From Chrysomallon squamiferum (taxonomy: Eukaryota > Animalia > Mollusca): DNA of 64,000 bases. The DNA is taken from the NCBI GenBank assembly GCA_012295275.1, contig CM022672.1, positions 28,954,001 to 29,018,000 of the forward strand, written 5' to 3'. The notes beneath the pieces are model-generated. The model had not been told where the DNA came from. It searched no databases and saw only the letters and a list, made by a program, of their open reading frames with translations. Positions 28,501-41,845 of the stretch are shown piece after piece. Within the stretch, counting starts at the first letter, position 1. The number at the start of each line of letters is the position of its first letter. The translations under genes were made by a program, and so were the position numbers.

Positions 28501-30582
28501 AAAAACATTAACAAAAAACTCTTACAAAATGTGTTTAATCTATCTTTTATTGCTAATTTATTTCTTAATTATAAATTGTGACTTTTTTCCCTAGGTTCAT
28601 TATTGTTGCTTCTTTTAGTGCGGAGACAGACTTGGATGGAAAAAAGTAAAACGATTTGTGGGAAATAAGATGTTATATTAAATATATAATAATAATAATA
28701 AAAAATTTAAAAAAAGAAGAATAAAAAGTAATGATGCCAAATACTGAATTAAGTGACTTCCACGAACTGATCCTTGAATCAGTTCACACGAATCGCTTAG
28801 TGTCGCTTGTCAGAAAAACATTTTGCCGAGCTTTTGAAGCAGGTCAAAAATAATTCTCCCAAGATACGTCCTTGCTGTCCAGCTGATTGACATGTTTTTA
28901 TGCATTCTCTATCTTCTTGAGTTAAATGGTGGATATTTCTGAACTTCCGTATACCACTGATAAAAATACTGAAAAACAAAATGGTGATGACAGACATACC
29001 AGCTCCAGACCTGAATGGCTCTCTTGAATATAACGCGGAGTATTTGAGAAAATAAATCTCTGCCATTTATCGCCAGCGGTTTACCGCACTGCCGTCGTAT
29101 TGTTCCGCGCTCGATGTAATTTGTTTATTTTCATCGCACGCCAGTGACGCTTTATAGTTAGAATACTCCCGTCAATGATAGGGCCAAACATATTTTCCAA
29201 AGTTTTAGACAATATAGTATGTAGAAATGTCTGGCGACTGCGACAAGAAAAACAGTTTTATTTCAAGTGTTGTCTGACCAAATACACAGAGTTCCACGAA
29301 TGTTGTTGTCATCCGTTAACTTTGTATCCCTCTGGGACAATGAAGTTGTAACTACACCTACTGCCGGTATTCCTGATGCTTGTCTTTTTTTTTTAAAGTT
29401 TTGATTTATCAAGAAATGATAGCAGAATATCTCCATGCAATACACACTGTCTGGTGGCCTGCCTGGGAGATATAAAACAAAAAAAGAAAATCATTAGGGA
29501 TTAAAACAGTATTAGACTAAATTGCATTTATGTAATAGGCTAATAGATTACGGGTGACTGGGAGCGTTCGTTACAAATCTCGTAGAAAATTATAACAACG
29601 TTTTAGATTAAGTGGACTTTCATAACAAACTCTGTCGTATACATTCTCCAAGAAGACGGACCACTGGTTAATGAATATATATACATGTATTACTATTTTG
29701 GAGAAGCTATCTCAAACTGTAACAGACGGAAGTAACAAAATGGTACAGTTTTACCAAATTACGACTCCACATGTTGTTACACCAGTTGCTCTGTAGCCAC
29801 TGTACTCAAGAACTTGGGATTCTCTGTTTGTTTTACAACACACATTAACGAAGTAAATCACAAAACTGGAAATAATTAAATTTAAATGACCAAAATCTAA
29901 AACATTATTGCAATTTTTATACATTTCCATGGTTAACGATCAATTGTGGTTGTTCCTTTATCGTTTATTACATTTTTATAAAGACTAGTACACACTTTAG
30001 GCAAATTAAACTAATTAATATAATAAAACAAAATAAACAACTTTATTTAAATTTTCCAGAATAAGAAAAATTGGATCAGTGTATCCGTAAACCAGCTTAT
30101 TAGAAACCATACCAGTATTTTAGATCATACGGGATGATTTTTAGGTGTGAAATTAGACGAGGTGTGTGAAAATTGTCTGGTCTTTGGGCACACATAGTTT
30201 GAGATTGGACAGCTCTGTGAAAAATGTGTTGGAATCACAAAATGAATAGTTGGTTCTGAACGACAATGCAGTTCACGTGGAGATAGGAGACGATATTTGT
30301 AATGTTGTGTTTATGTAACCTTAATGTAACTGTTTAGTATCATAGTAGTGTACTAAACCGATATCTTTTAGACAGTGTATCTGCCAATCTTACAAAGTTA
30401 ATTGTTGTAGGCTTTAATACATTATGTTATTTATTTTGCAGGATAGAACATAACTGGTAATCCTCGAGAAACCTTGGTAAATTGTAGGTTATTGTTTTTA
30501 CAAGTGTTAATTCTATCCTCCGGCTATCTCTTTGTATATCCGAAACACTTCCTGTCCCAAGCGTTTTGAATAAAGGGTTCTC

Positions 30583-30625
<43 letters not shown>

Positions 30626-32093
30626 TAGAAGAGATTTTTTCAGGAACACTGTTTGCAAGGTCCTTTACAAGTATCTGGGTAGGATCCCCGTGACCATCAT
30701 TATGGAAATCTGGTATTAACACTGTTAGCATCTGTCAAAAATAGTTCGTAGCAGGATATCGGCATTTCATGTATGTATTATTTTATAGAGGAGTCCACAG
30801 ACCAGGAGATGATCCATCTAAAAAGTGTTGTCTAACACCCCGAGTATTCAGATTTGATAGCAGATTTAGCTTCTCAGGAATGTTTTAGGACCGGTAATAC
30901 ACTCAAATTGTGGTATTACTAATTTGCTAAGGATGGGAGGACGGTTACAAAACATATACTTTACAATATACACAAAGCAATTATTAGTCCATGATTAATT
31001 AAATTGTTCCATGAGAGATATAATTTTGTTCAGAGGTCTCCCAAGCACAACCTTGTTAGCGATGTTACCTTTTTTTAAATGACTGACGTTTTATGTAATT
31101 TTAACTCTTCAAATAAATGTATTCATGGTGGCATGAGTATTCAGAAGGTTTGATGGTACGGACAGGCATGCCTTCTCACAGGCCAGCGGGCGTTTCTGTC
31201 GCATCCTGAAGAAAATTCCAGATTGAGTTTTATACTCATTACTAGCTCACGCAATCCTATCATTTTTGATTAGGAGAGTATGCAGTACAGTATTCAGTAT
31301 TAATATAAGTGATCATGATTAATCAACATTTTATATAAATATTAATGAATGTTAAAGTTATTTTTAAAAATTACATTTAAATATTGTTTCCAGGGTAGCT
31401 GTACTATAGCATATGATAGAGATTAAACCTACCAAATTATTACTTATGTAATCAGTAAGTGCATTCATTTGAAAACATTTCTATTGTTCACTTTGCTAAT
31501 TAAATAATTAAAAAGATATATATATTTTCAAATGTAATTTATAAAAAAAGAAAAAAGGGCCTCAGGGCTTAGGTCCTCACCATGTCTATATCTGGCACTA
31601 CCCAAGAGAAATGTATGGTTAGCCAAAATGGACAATTTGGTAAGATATGAATCAGGCGATGATGTTTTTCTTTGCTAAATCACTTTGAAAGAAAAAACTT
31701 CTGCTATTATTCACTGAACCTGACAGAACATGCCAATCCTGATTACGTTCCATTTCTTACAAAAATTTTTTGCTGATATTAGACGCAAATGCATATGTAT
31801 ATTACACAGTAATGAAGTTTAATGACGTATTTCGTTCTACCTTTAAATGTGAGGATATTGAAACAATTGTTACAAACGCTCTTATATATGGGTAATTTTA
31901 TATAGAAATGAAAACACTAAGCATCTTAATAAAAAGTCAAAAATAAAATCACTGAAGGAGGCTGGTTGTCTTTTCAGTTTATCAGAACTTGTAAAATGTC
32001 GGTAATGTAATAATAAACAATTCGTATTTCAGGTGTTGTTATACGGCATGAAGATAACTTAAGATCTAATACACTAAACAGTTGACAGGAATT

Positions 32094-32140
<47 letters not shown>

Positions 32141-32312
32141 CGAAAGAATAAATCGTTTAAAGACTTCTTTTATTTTAACATCCGTAAAAGTTTAAAAACT
32201 TATGCACGATTCGAATCAATAAAAAAATAATTTAATTAATATTTTGAAATGGAATATTATTGAAATTCGGGCTAAGCTAATCTGCTGGATTGATTTGTTC
32301 TACATCTATATA

Positions 32313-32366
<54 letters not shown>

Positions 32367-32662
32367 GTTTTTTTGGCCCGCTTTGGTCATTTATTGAACG
32401 AACTATAAGAACTGTTTTGTTGCCTGGGGGTTCATAGACGAAGAAGAAGAAAAATCCCAACTGAAAAATACTAGTTTTTAACAATTATTAATTAATCTGC
32501 ACAATTCATATGAAAAGACATTTATCTGAACTAATTATGATCTTCGAAATTATTGGCATATACGACTATTAGTACTAATAATTCATTACGATGATCTGTA
32601 AAAATAATAATAATAAAATAAAATAAATAAATAAATTAAATAAATTAATAAATAAAATATTG

Positions 32663-32739
<77 letters not shown>

Positions 32740-34325
32740 AAATAAATAGGGATTGAAATGGACTATTACAATAAATTATAATAATAACAACGAGAATGTG
32801 CCCGTGCGATGGCGCTATGAAAATTTTAGACTTCGTTACGCCTGCATTCTATATCTTAGAGAGAGAAATTGAGTATCAGAAGTACTAGTCAAGGAAATCA
32901 AACAAGGGAGATAATATTTAACACAAATGGTAGCGTTGTTGTTTAGGATCTTGTCGATTATATGAAATTTGATTCAATATTTTTTTTATTAGAAAGCTGT
33001 TCTTGGTATATTACTACATAGTAAGTAATTAAGAAGCTTTTATTTATTTATTTTTTTTATATCTTTTTTAACCATGAATATCACAAATACCATTTCAAAT
33101 TAACATGTCATTAAAATTAAAAATGGCTGCCATCGGCCATCGGTCATCATGCTACCATAGTGGGGCGAAATCGCCGAAAATCTAATTTTCTACTGGGCGA
33201 AATAGCCGTACATTTTATATGCATCGTGAAAATATTGAAGCTGTTTACAATTATTATGATATTAGAATACACTGACGTTTATTCTTACTATCATTCAGTA
33301 AACGTAAATAAATAAAATAAGGACAGTATGACTGAGTATCAGTATCAACTATCATGAGTATGCCCAAAAATACACACAGGCGGAAAAAAGCTCACCCCCG
33401 GTGGAAATGCAATGTGGTTCATCCCCATAGAAAAAAACAAGGACCAAAATCCTCCAGAGAAAAAGCAAGGTTGAACAAAAGCACCCCCATACATAAAAAA
33501 TATTTAGTACAAAATCTCTCCAAAATTTAAGTTTAAAAAAAAAAAAAAAAAAGTTACTTTTTAATATTTTCCCTGCCACCTGATTATCATAATCACAGAA
33601 TTGATGTAATTAGTTATTCATTCAAATAAACTGGGTGTGATTAGCATTCATAACTGACCAACAGTAAAAGTAATCCATTTTATTAAAAAAAGAAAAAAGA
33701 AGTAATATTATGATTCATATAAAGATTATGTTAGTTTTTTATAGGGAGGTAAAAAATTCAGCCAGATACTGCAAATGTAATGAAGGCCTTGCAGTATTTT
33801 ATAGGATTCATACATTATTATTAAGTGTAATATACAAATACATGACAATAATCAAATAATGATTGTTGTATTGTTTTAATTTTCATTTGTTGATCAATAC
33901 ATTATATATTTTAACATATGGCACATCACCTGATCTACGACATTTACCCAGTTGTTTATCTTCAGCATATATTTTGCTTTTTGTATATTTCATAAAAAAT
34001 ATTTATAATCACCATATTATATGATTTATTATGCATACTATAGTGCAAATATAAATAAAATAATTTTGGGTTTGTTAATTAACCAAATTTTTAAATCATG
34101 GGAGATAAGTAGCAAGATCAATAGATTTTTAATTCAGTACTTGCAATCAAAATACTCAAAAAAGATAGTTAAGATTTTTACGTTTCAACAACATGTATTG
34201 AGAGATTATTCTGCAATCCATCTATAATTACTGTTAAAAGATATTTGCAGTTGTAAAATTTTTGTTTTATATGTTTTTCAATTTTATGAAAATTCATTTT
34301 AGGTTGGAAAACATTTTCTAACAGA

Positions 34326-35574
34326 ATGGATAAGCAATATTCTGTCCAGTTCTTCACCAAGTTTGTGGAAGCAATGCAGAAATTCTGTCGAGACTATATA
34401 GAGTTTGAACAGGCAGTGGAATTGAGTGGTTACCTTTCTTTAGAAATAGACAATTACAAAAAAGAACGCTATGTTTTGAGTGAGATGGTTCACAGCACTG
34501 GTGATGTCATCAGTGAGAGTTACTGTGTGAAAGCCTTCAAAACTATGAAACGATTACCTACAAGAAATTCTGATCTAGATTTTGTGTTACGGGATAATAC
34601 TAATACTCGCCGATCAGGTGGATATACAGATTCTCACACTTCACATCAAAACAATTCTTCTCAAGGACATTCATACAGATCGCGCATTAGTCCAGAAGAA
34701 ACTAGCCATTATTCTAATTTTTCTCCTGTTAGAAGAAATCAGCCTTCATCTTTTTCACAGAGTAGTCCAGTTCATGGAAGAGATTCACAGGATTCTTTTA
34801 AATCAAAAAGTCATACGATGCAGATTCAGCCTCGACATGCCATCCAAATTACAGAAAGTCATGGCCAGAAGCGAGTCCACACTGATGAAACTGGGGATTC
34901 TGTAAATAAAAAAGGTTTGTCATGATAATTTTAGCTGTAAGTAATTTTTTTATGTTAACATGTACTCTTAGCATAAAATGATCTAGTGTTGCTTTCTTGT
35001 AGCTCCGATTTGATTTGCATAACCAGTATCAATGTAGGATTGTATTAACTACATTATTTTATAAAAATGTTGGTTTTAGATATTGCTGATAGCTGGATAT
35101 CTGATGTAATAATGTTTCTGTAAATATGTAAATTTGTAAAAAGAAAATTAATATCTGTAGTTGACATAGTTGAAATTCATTGTTGTCTTTTCAGAAAAAA
35201 TGGACACTGATCTTGAATCTCTGTATAATGCAGCAACAAACATTGTATGTCCATCAGAGACTAATGAAACAGATCAAAATGATACTGGATCAACAGCAAT
35301 GGCAGAATCCGGATCAGCAAATAGTGAAAGTGTTCGTCTACCTTTAACTGACATTGTAGCAATCAAAGAAGAGAATGAGGTTATTCTGCTAGATGATGAA
35401 GGTGGTGGTCCAAGTCATATGGATAATGCACAAGGAAATAACAGTAATTTAGATTCAAATATGTTAGACAATTCTCTGGTATCTAGTGACATGTTCGGAT
35501 CTTCAGTTTCTCGATCAGAAGGCAATGCATCAACTTCATCTGTGTCCAATGAAACAGCAACATCAGTGCAAGAG
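34326..35574 (+). CDS. Shared 5' coding exons of a multi-cassette DNA-binding protein locus: exon A 34326-34914, exon B 35195-35574 (323 aa)
   Basis: Exon A starts MDKQYSVQFFTKFVEAMQKFCRDYIEFEQAVELSGYLSLEIDNYKKERYVLSEMV and ends AAAG|GTTTGT (phase 1). Exon B begins after TCTTTTCAG| in phase 1, encodes an acidic Ser/Asn-rich linker and ends CAAGAG|GTATGT (phase 0). It has no stop or DNA-binding domain of its own. Confidence 0.85.
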
Positions 35575-38500
35575 GTATGTACACTTGTATTTTGTTTAAT
35601 TAGCTTGCAAATAGTTAGATCTTCTGCATGCTAAGCCATTTCTCCAAATGAATTGTAATCACAAAAGATGAAAATAAATGTAACTTTGATGATAATAAGA
35701 AATAGTCACATATATTGTGCATACTTCTATGTTTAATGTTTGATAAAATGTATGATGCTGCTTGCACAGAAATAATTTCTATATAATTAACTTATGATAG
35801 AAAATTTATATATAATTAGTTACGTGTTCAACAGAGATTTAAATTAACTTTACAGTTTAATTGATTTTTTCTTTTTCCCACATACTAATTAATGTTCTTT
35901 ATACAAAAGATGTGAATGACAAGGTAAGTAAGCTCAGCAATATATGCAGAAGATCTAGCTGTATAGTAATGTTTAATTATTTCTAGTACAAAAATAGTTA
36001 GAACATTTCACTATTTAGTATTATTTAAAAAAATTAAAAAAAACCTGGAAGAAAACTCGTTTCATTCAAAGTAAGTCAATGTATTACAAGTTGTATATAA
36101 AGGGCAATTCCACATTATCAACCTTTAGCATGGAACATTATAAATATAATATGTATATTATAATATAATGTTTCTTATTCTTGTACTCTTGAATATATTG
36201 GAGTATAATGAAAGATTGACAGCTAATTCTTAAAAATACGTGCAGTGTAAGACAATCAACACTGAAAAAAGACATTTTTGTGGGAAAGAGGATCATTAAA
36301 TTTTTCATTACTTTTAATCTGGTTTAGAGTTGATGAAGCATGCACAGCATCATCAGAACCAAGAGAATATATTAAAAATCAAACTCAAACTACATTTTGT
36401 TTTCTCTTAAAAATGGTTTATTATGAATACTCTTTTAAAAGCAAAAAAAAAAGATTTATATGTGAAATTGATTTAAAAACAACAAGCAAAGAAAAAATAA
36501 AAATAAACAGGAAAGTATTTACAAAACTAGAATAAATAGTTAATAAAAGTGTATTTATCTCAGCAGTAATATTTAATTATGATGAGCATGCATTCTAATT
36601 AACTATTTCTAGTATGAATGTTTATCCTGAAAATCAACTCTGCTTTGATTCACTTTTGTACTGCAAGCTAGAGGTGACTCCAACTATTATATTCCACTCT
36701 GATTTGACTGTACTTTTGAGACATGCTTCCACTTAAGGGTATTTTGATAACTTTTTTTTAATTTATAATGGTTTGGAACAGCAAATACATTTCTTTCAGG
36801 TTTGTTTCATAATAATTTTGTAAAATGAAGTCATTTAGGACAAATGACAGTTTGCAGTCATCAGTCATAGTTTTTCACTTAAATATACAGAATTTAAGTG
36901 AAAAACATTTACTTTTAATGAACCACATCCTCAAAATGAAGAAGAAAAGAAAGCACTGACAACAACATAATAAGAGCTGTAAACTTAGTAAACTTTGATC
37001 TAATTTTATACTACTGTATTTCTGTTCATGAAATATTTTACAATATACCAACTAAATGACATGAAAACTTATTCTTTTGTATATTTATGTGTCTCTGCTT
37101 AGGAGTGTAAAAAAATAATTGGTTTAACTAGTGTGTTGTTTAAAATCTGAGTCCAAAATGCAAACCTTTTCATTCTAAATATACCAGTATCAAACAACTG
37201 TAATTCAGGCTTTAATACCTTTTTAAATCATAAACTTTTAAAATGATCGATTTTTAAGAACTTGCCTTCTTTTACAAAATTTGAGTGAAGTATATATGAT
37301 TAGTTTGCTGTTGAAAGGATGGTGTGCATAACAGAATACTGTTTTCACAAAGGAATAAGATTTACATATTAAGGCTTTCACTTGCATAATTTTCTTATTT
37401 ACTGCTGGTATTTTTGAAATATGACATATTTCCATGACATTTATATTTCAGACTTTCATTCAAATTGTGCAAAAAATCAAAATACATTTGTTTTATATTG
37501 AGTATAAAATAATTTTAATTTCATGCAATAAATCTAATCTGAAAATTTCATTGAGTTATCATGCTTTTTGAAGGAGATATGATAATTTAATGAACTTAAA
37601 TCACAGTATTATTTAATTAAATTTGAAAAAAAAGGGCCAGAATTACTGAAATTTTTAAATCATAAAACTGCCATTGCTCCATTAATTTTTCAAGAGTTAC
37701 CATCATAAATATAATTATATTTCTACATTTTATTCCATACTGGTTCCAGTTATGCAGAAATATATATATTATTTTTTCCTTGTCACATACTTATGAGTCC
37801 CCAGTTACCAGCTACTCAGTATCTTTGTAGAGAAACTGCTCATCATTATTTATATTTTGCTCTGTTGTGAAGAAAGCATTCACATCAGAATTACCGCTTC
37901 AGTCCTATTGAACAAGTGTAATTTTGAGCAGCACACTTTCCTTAGTTTTATTACATCATTTGATTAACAAATGAACAAGACAGGTTTACTTTTTATTTTA
38001 TTTTATTTTTTATTTTTATAAATATCAGGATAGGCCTTTCTGCCAGTGGGAAATTTTAGAGGAAGTTTTTCTATCCTTCTACTATTCTGGCCAGAACCTT
38101 ATTTCCTATTTTGTATTGCTGCATTGCCTCTTGAACAATTTATTAATTGCTTAGACATTTTTTTATTTTTTTTTATTTTTATTTTTTTTTATTATTATAT
38201 GAGGTAAGGAGAGGTTGTTTTTAGAAGAAACAAAAACCTACTTTAATATTTTTGACCCATTTGGATGCATTCTCAGTTCTCTGTATTTGGTGTAAGAGAG
38301 GAACTCAATGGATTTTATCCATTCCTGATGTTTGCTTTTCTTTGGTATTTATTTTAATAATGCAGTAAATGACTAATTATTACTTTTGTTTTGTCAAAGA
38401 CAGCTAAATTAATTATTAATAATTTAACACTGTCACAGTTTCAGTTACTTGAATTTTATTACACACAGATTCTATGATAGAAAATAAAAATAAAGAAATA

Positions 38501-40159
38501 ATATTATGATTCATTCTTTGGATTTTTTATTCTAATCATAGAACATACTTCAGATTTAATCCATATATATGTGTGTGTTGTGAATGGGGTGTTTCATAAT
38601 GGATCATGTTTTATCACATGTTTTAATATTTCATTCCCTTTTGGATATACAATTTTACACATCCTTTTATTGATTATAAATCTTACAACTCATCCTGATT
38701 GAAAAACGGAAAATATTGAACAGCTGCTGATTTGGAGTAAGTTTGTTAAAAGCAGCAATACAAATTTATTTTTACAACTTTGTGATAAACTTATATGTCT
38801 TGTGTGTATATAATATATATATACATAGATATAAATATTTTAAAAAAATGTTTTGTAAGAATGTGAAGTTATCTAAAAATTTTATTTTTGGTCAGTTATA
38901 ACATGGAAACAGTATACAGCACAAATGTCAAGAACACATTAAAATAAATGCTCTAACTGTTTAGCTGTAGTTCATTAACAAGCAATAGTCATCACTATGA
39001 CCATGAGTATATTGAGTGACTAATATAATCTTATCAGATGATTGGCTAACAGCAAATAAACACACACATAGTACTTTATTCAGAAAACATGAATGAAATG
39101 CCACATCCAGGAATGAAGATGGATGGTGTCACTTACTCCACCACCTGTTCCTAATCAATGCTTCATCAACCAGACATACACATCTTTGTCATCTTTGTGC
39201 ATGAGATGTGTACATTTATCTCCTGGTCATCTTTATCATTGGCCAGTACTCAGGGATAGAAGGAAATTGTTCACCAAAAAACTGGACACCGAAATATTTA
39301 TTTCTAAATGATGAAGTGTACAAGACACTATAAATATATTTCTTTCCAAAACAGTAAACAAGTATCTACATTACTATTCCAAAGAAACATTATGAGAGAA
39401 TTTATCGTATTAACTAATATTTTGGTTTGTACCGAAAGGAGATCTGTCTTGGCATGCCAGTTAAATTGTAAATGACAACAAAATATTTGTGCTTTAACCT
39501 AGGCATATATTTTTATTTGTGTTTACCATTTTGTCTTATTGTCTTGCAGAATGTTGCTGAAATTGGTTCAGTATACGTAGTATTTAATCATAATTGGACA
39601 AATGCCATGTTCACATTTAATAGTTACTTAGACAATGACTGACAAAGCTTATAGAAACTTTTTATGATATTCATTATCTTATTGTCCAGTTAAATTTTTT
39701 TTTTTAATTAACTGATAATTACCAGTTTATTTTATATGTGCGCATGTGCATGCACACACACACAATTTATTTTTATTACTTTTACAGATATGATTTTTCT
39801 GGCATTTCTCTCTGCTGTTTATAGTGTTAATTTTGCATTGGTAAAAGGCGTGGTAACTATACCAGTTGTCTAATTAATGTGAACTAATGATTTATAAAAG
39901 TGTTCTACGTTTTAATACTTTCAGATAAAATCATAAATGCAGTTAAATTATTGCACTTAGCACAACTTCTCCTTTACTTACCGCCAATTAGTACCTGTGC
40001 CTCCTTTCCAGAAAGGATTATTGCTGAGATTTAGAACACAGCACATACAGTTCACAGTATCACAGCACATAAGTATTAGCATATGCTATTTGTAGATCTA
40101 GCACAACTGCAATGTCTATGTGTAAACACATCAAACATTATTTCTGCTGAACACCATAA

Positions 40160-40790
40160 CCTGCCCACCTCAGAACCTCACGAATGGTCTTGATGTCCTG
40201 GTTCATATCTGAACAAGACTCATAGATAGGTGGTATGTGGTGTACACTAATAGGTGGGGCAGATCTATCTGGATGTGATTGCAGTGATATACACAAGATA
40301 CATCAGTTAAAGAGAAATAATCAGTAAATGATTTTAATTCTTCTGGAGTGTTGTCATAAAGGTAGATGGGCCTTTTAGGATATAAATGGTAGAAAGGGCA
40401 GATCATCAAGTATGCCACAGAGGTGGTCGATACCATTGCCTATTGTTGGTGATTGATGAGGCCCAGACTCTGTAGTAGTTTCCGTGTACTTGTGCCATAT
40501 GATAGAAGCAGTCACTAATTTTGTCTTGAAGTCTGAAGGTGTCACAGCCTTCATAGATGCTAAGTCAGAGTTTATGGTGACAGTACTGACGTCAGTCGGG
40601 AATACAAGTGTGTTGCATCAGTCCTGTGAGGCAGAGAGAAACTCTTCATGTAATTATTAGGAACCCATTGACACATGATAGAAGAGTTGATGATGGTGTT
40701 AGAAATTCATAGAGTTGAGTGAAAATAGTGATGGAGTGTTGTTGAATGTACCATCCAAAAGCAAGGTTATTCGGTTACCCACGTGTACTG
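40160..40790 (-). mobile_element. Degenerate MULE transposase relic (intronic, antisense)
   Basis: Minus-strand translation across frameshifts gives, in the expected order, LLDGTFNNTPSLF/TQLY (DGTF at 40755-40744), SDCFYHMAQ (about 40516-40490), LQSLGL, HLCGILDDLPFLP and YLYDNTPEELKSFTDYF. These match the MULE DGTF, GCFYH and LAFLP motifs. Confidence 0.75.
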
Positions 40791-41136
40791 CCATTATAGC
40801 CAATCCAAATTATATATATATAAGCCTTGTCATAACTCATGTGAGTGATACAATTATAGTATTACACAATAAATTCTGGTTCTTCCTTTCTGTTGTATAT
40901 TATGCAAGATAATATGATATATTACTATTATATGTAAATTTGTCTGTTTTATTAAGTATAAAAGCCAGTGATCTTCAGTTCTAAGGGAACAATTCATGTA
41001 ATATAAAATTTTGGAGATGAAATAATTTTAAAAATAATAAAGGTAATAAGATCACTATATTAAATATTATCGTTTATATTATTTGACAGAGTATTAAGTC
41101 TGGCTAAAAATAACAAAATGTTTTCTCCAATGTTAG

Positions 41137-41845
41137 GTAGCTGAAGAAGGGAAATTTCCCTTTGTTTATTCCCGTCACCCAAGGAAGTCCATGAGAGAGA
41201 GAGTGATTAAGGCAGTCTGCAAATTTCCTGGCTCAGTTATTAATCCTCGTCTGCTTCAAAAGAGATTATTTGGAGCTCAGATCAACCAAGTGAAAAGTGA
41301 TTACTCTTTTCTCTTGTCTTTAATTTTTCATAGAAGACTTGTGTGAAATGATGATTAATTTACCTTCATAATAATTAGTATTTCAGTTTATTTGAATTCT
41401 TCTCAGAACAGTTTCCTTTGAAATGATTTAGTTTTGTTATGCTGAAGACTATTAAGTAAATAATGAAAATCGTATACTATTATATTTTTTATTGGATTGT
41501 CTGATCTGCTTTATAATACATTTTCTGTTTAATCATAACATATATAGACAGCCTATCCTGCAGTAATACAACATTTAATAATTTGTTGTAAATAATAGAT
41601 TTTATTCCAAGATTGGTTACTTTTTTCTTCCAGTTGAACTGGATTTCCTTGAGAACTGTGGTTTTGGAAAATTAATTTTGCTTGAGAAGCAAATTGGCCT
41701 CAAACCAAAATGGCGATTTTTCAAACTACATCCAGATGAAGTGGATTTAAACAATGCCCAACATTCTAAGGTGTTATCTGTGGCTGGTTTTACAGTTAGA
41801 GAATATAAAACTATTTTTGAGGATCCTAAGGGTTGCCATGGATAA
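41137..41845 (+). CDS. Alternative terminal cassette 1: two-exon winged-helix-like domain (41137-41296 + 41634-41845); absent from the ORF track
   Basis: Acceptor TGTTAG| in phase 0: VAEEGKFPFVYSRHPRKSMRERVIKAVCKFPGSVINPRLLQKRLFGAQINQVK, then a phase-1 intron, then IELDFLENCGFGKLILLEKQIGLKPKWRFFKLHPDEV...GCHG*. Clearly paralogous to cassettes 2 and 3. Confidence 0.8.

Noticed and set aside
28797-29066. 89-aa minus-strand ORF
   Set aside because: No recognisable motif or supporting splice structure; possibly decayed repeat sequence.
39100-39311. Possible extra cassette or MULE C-terminal relic (GWCHLL...HQPDIHIFV)
   Set aside because: The similarity is too faint, with no clean acceptor and no DNA-binding motif.
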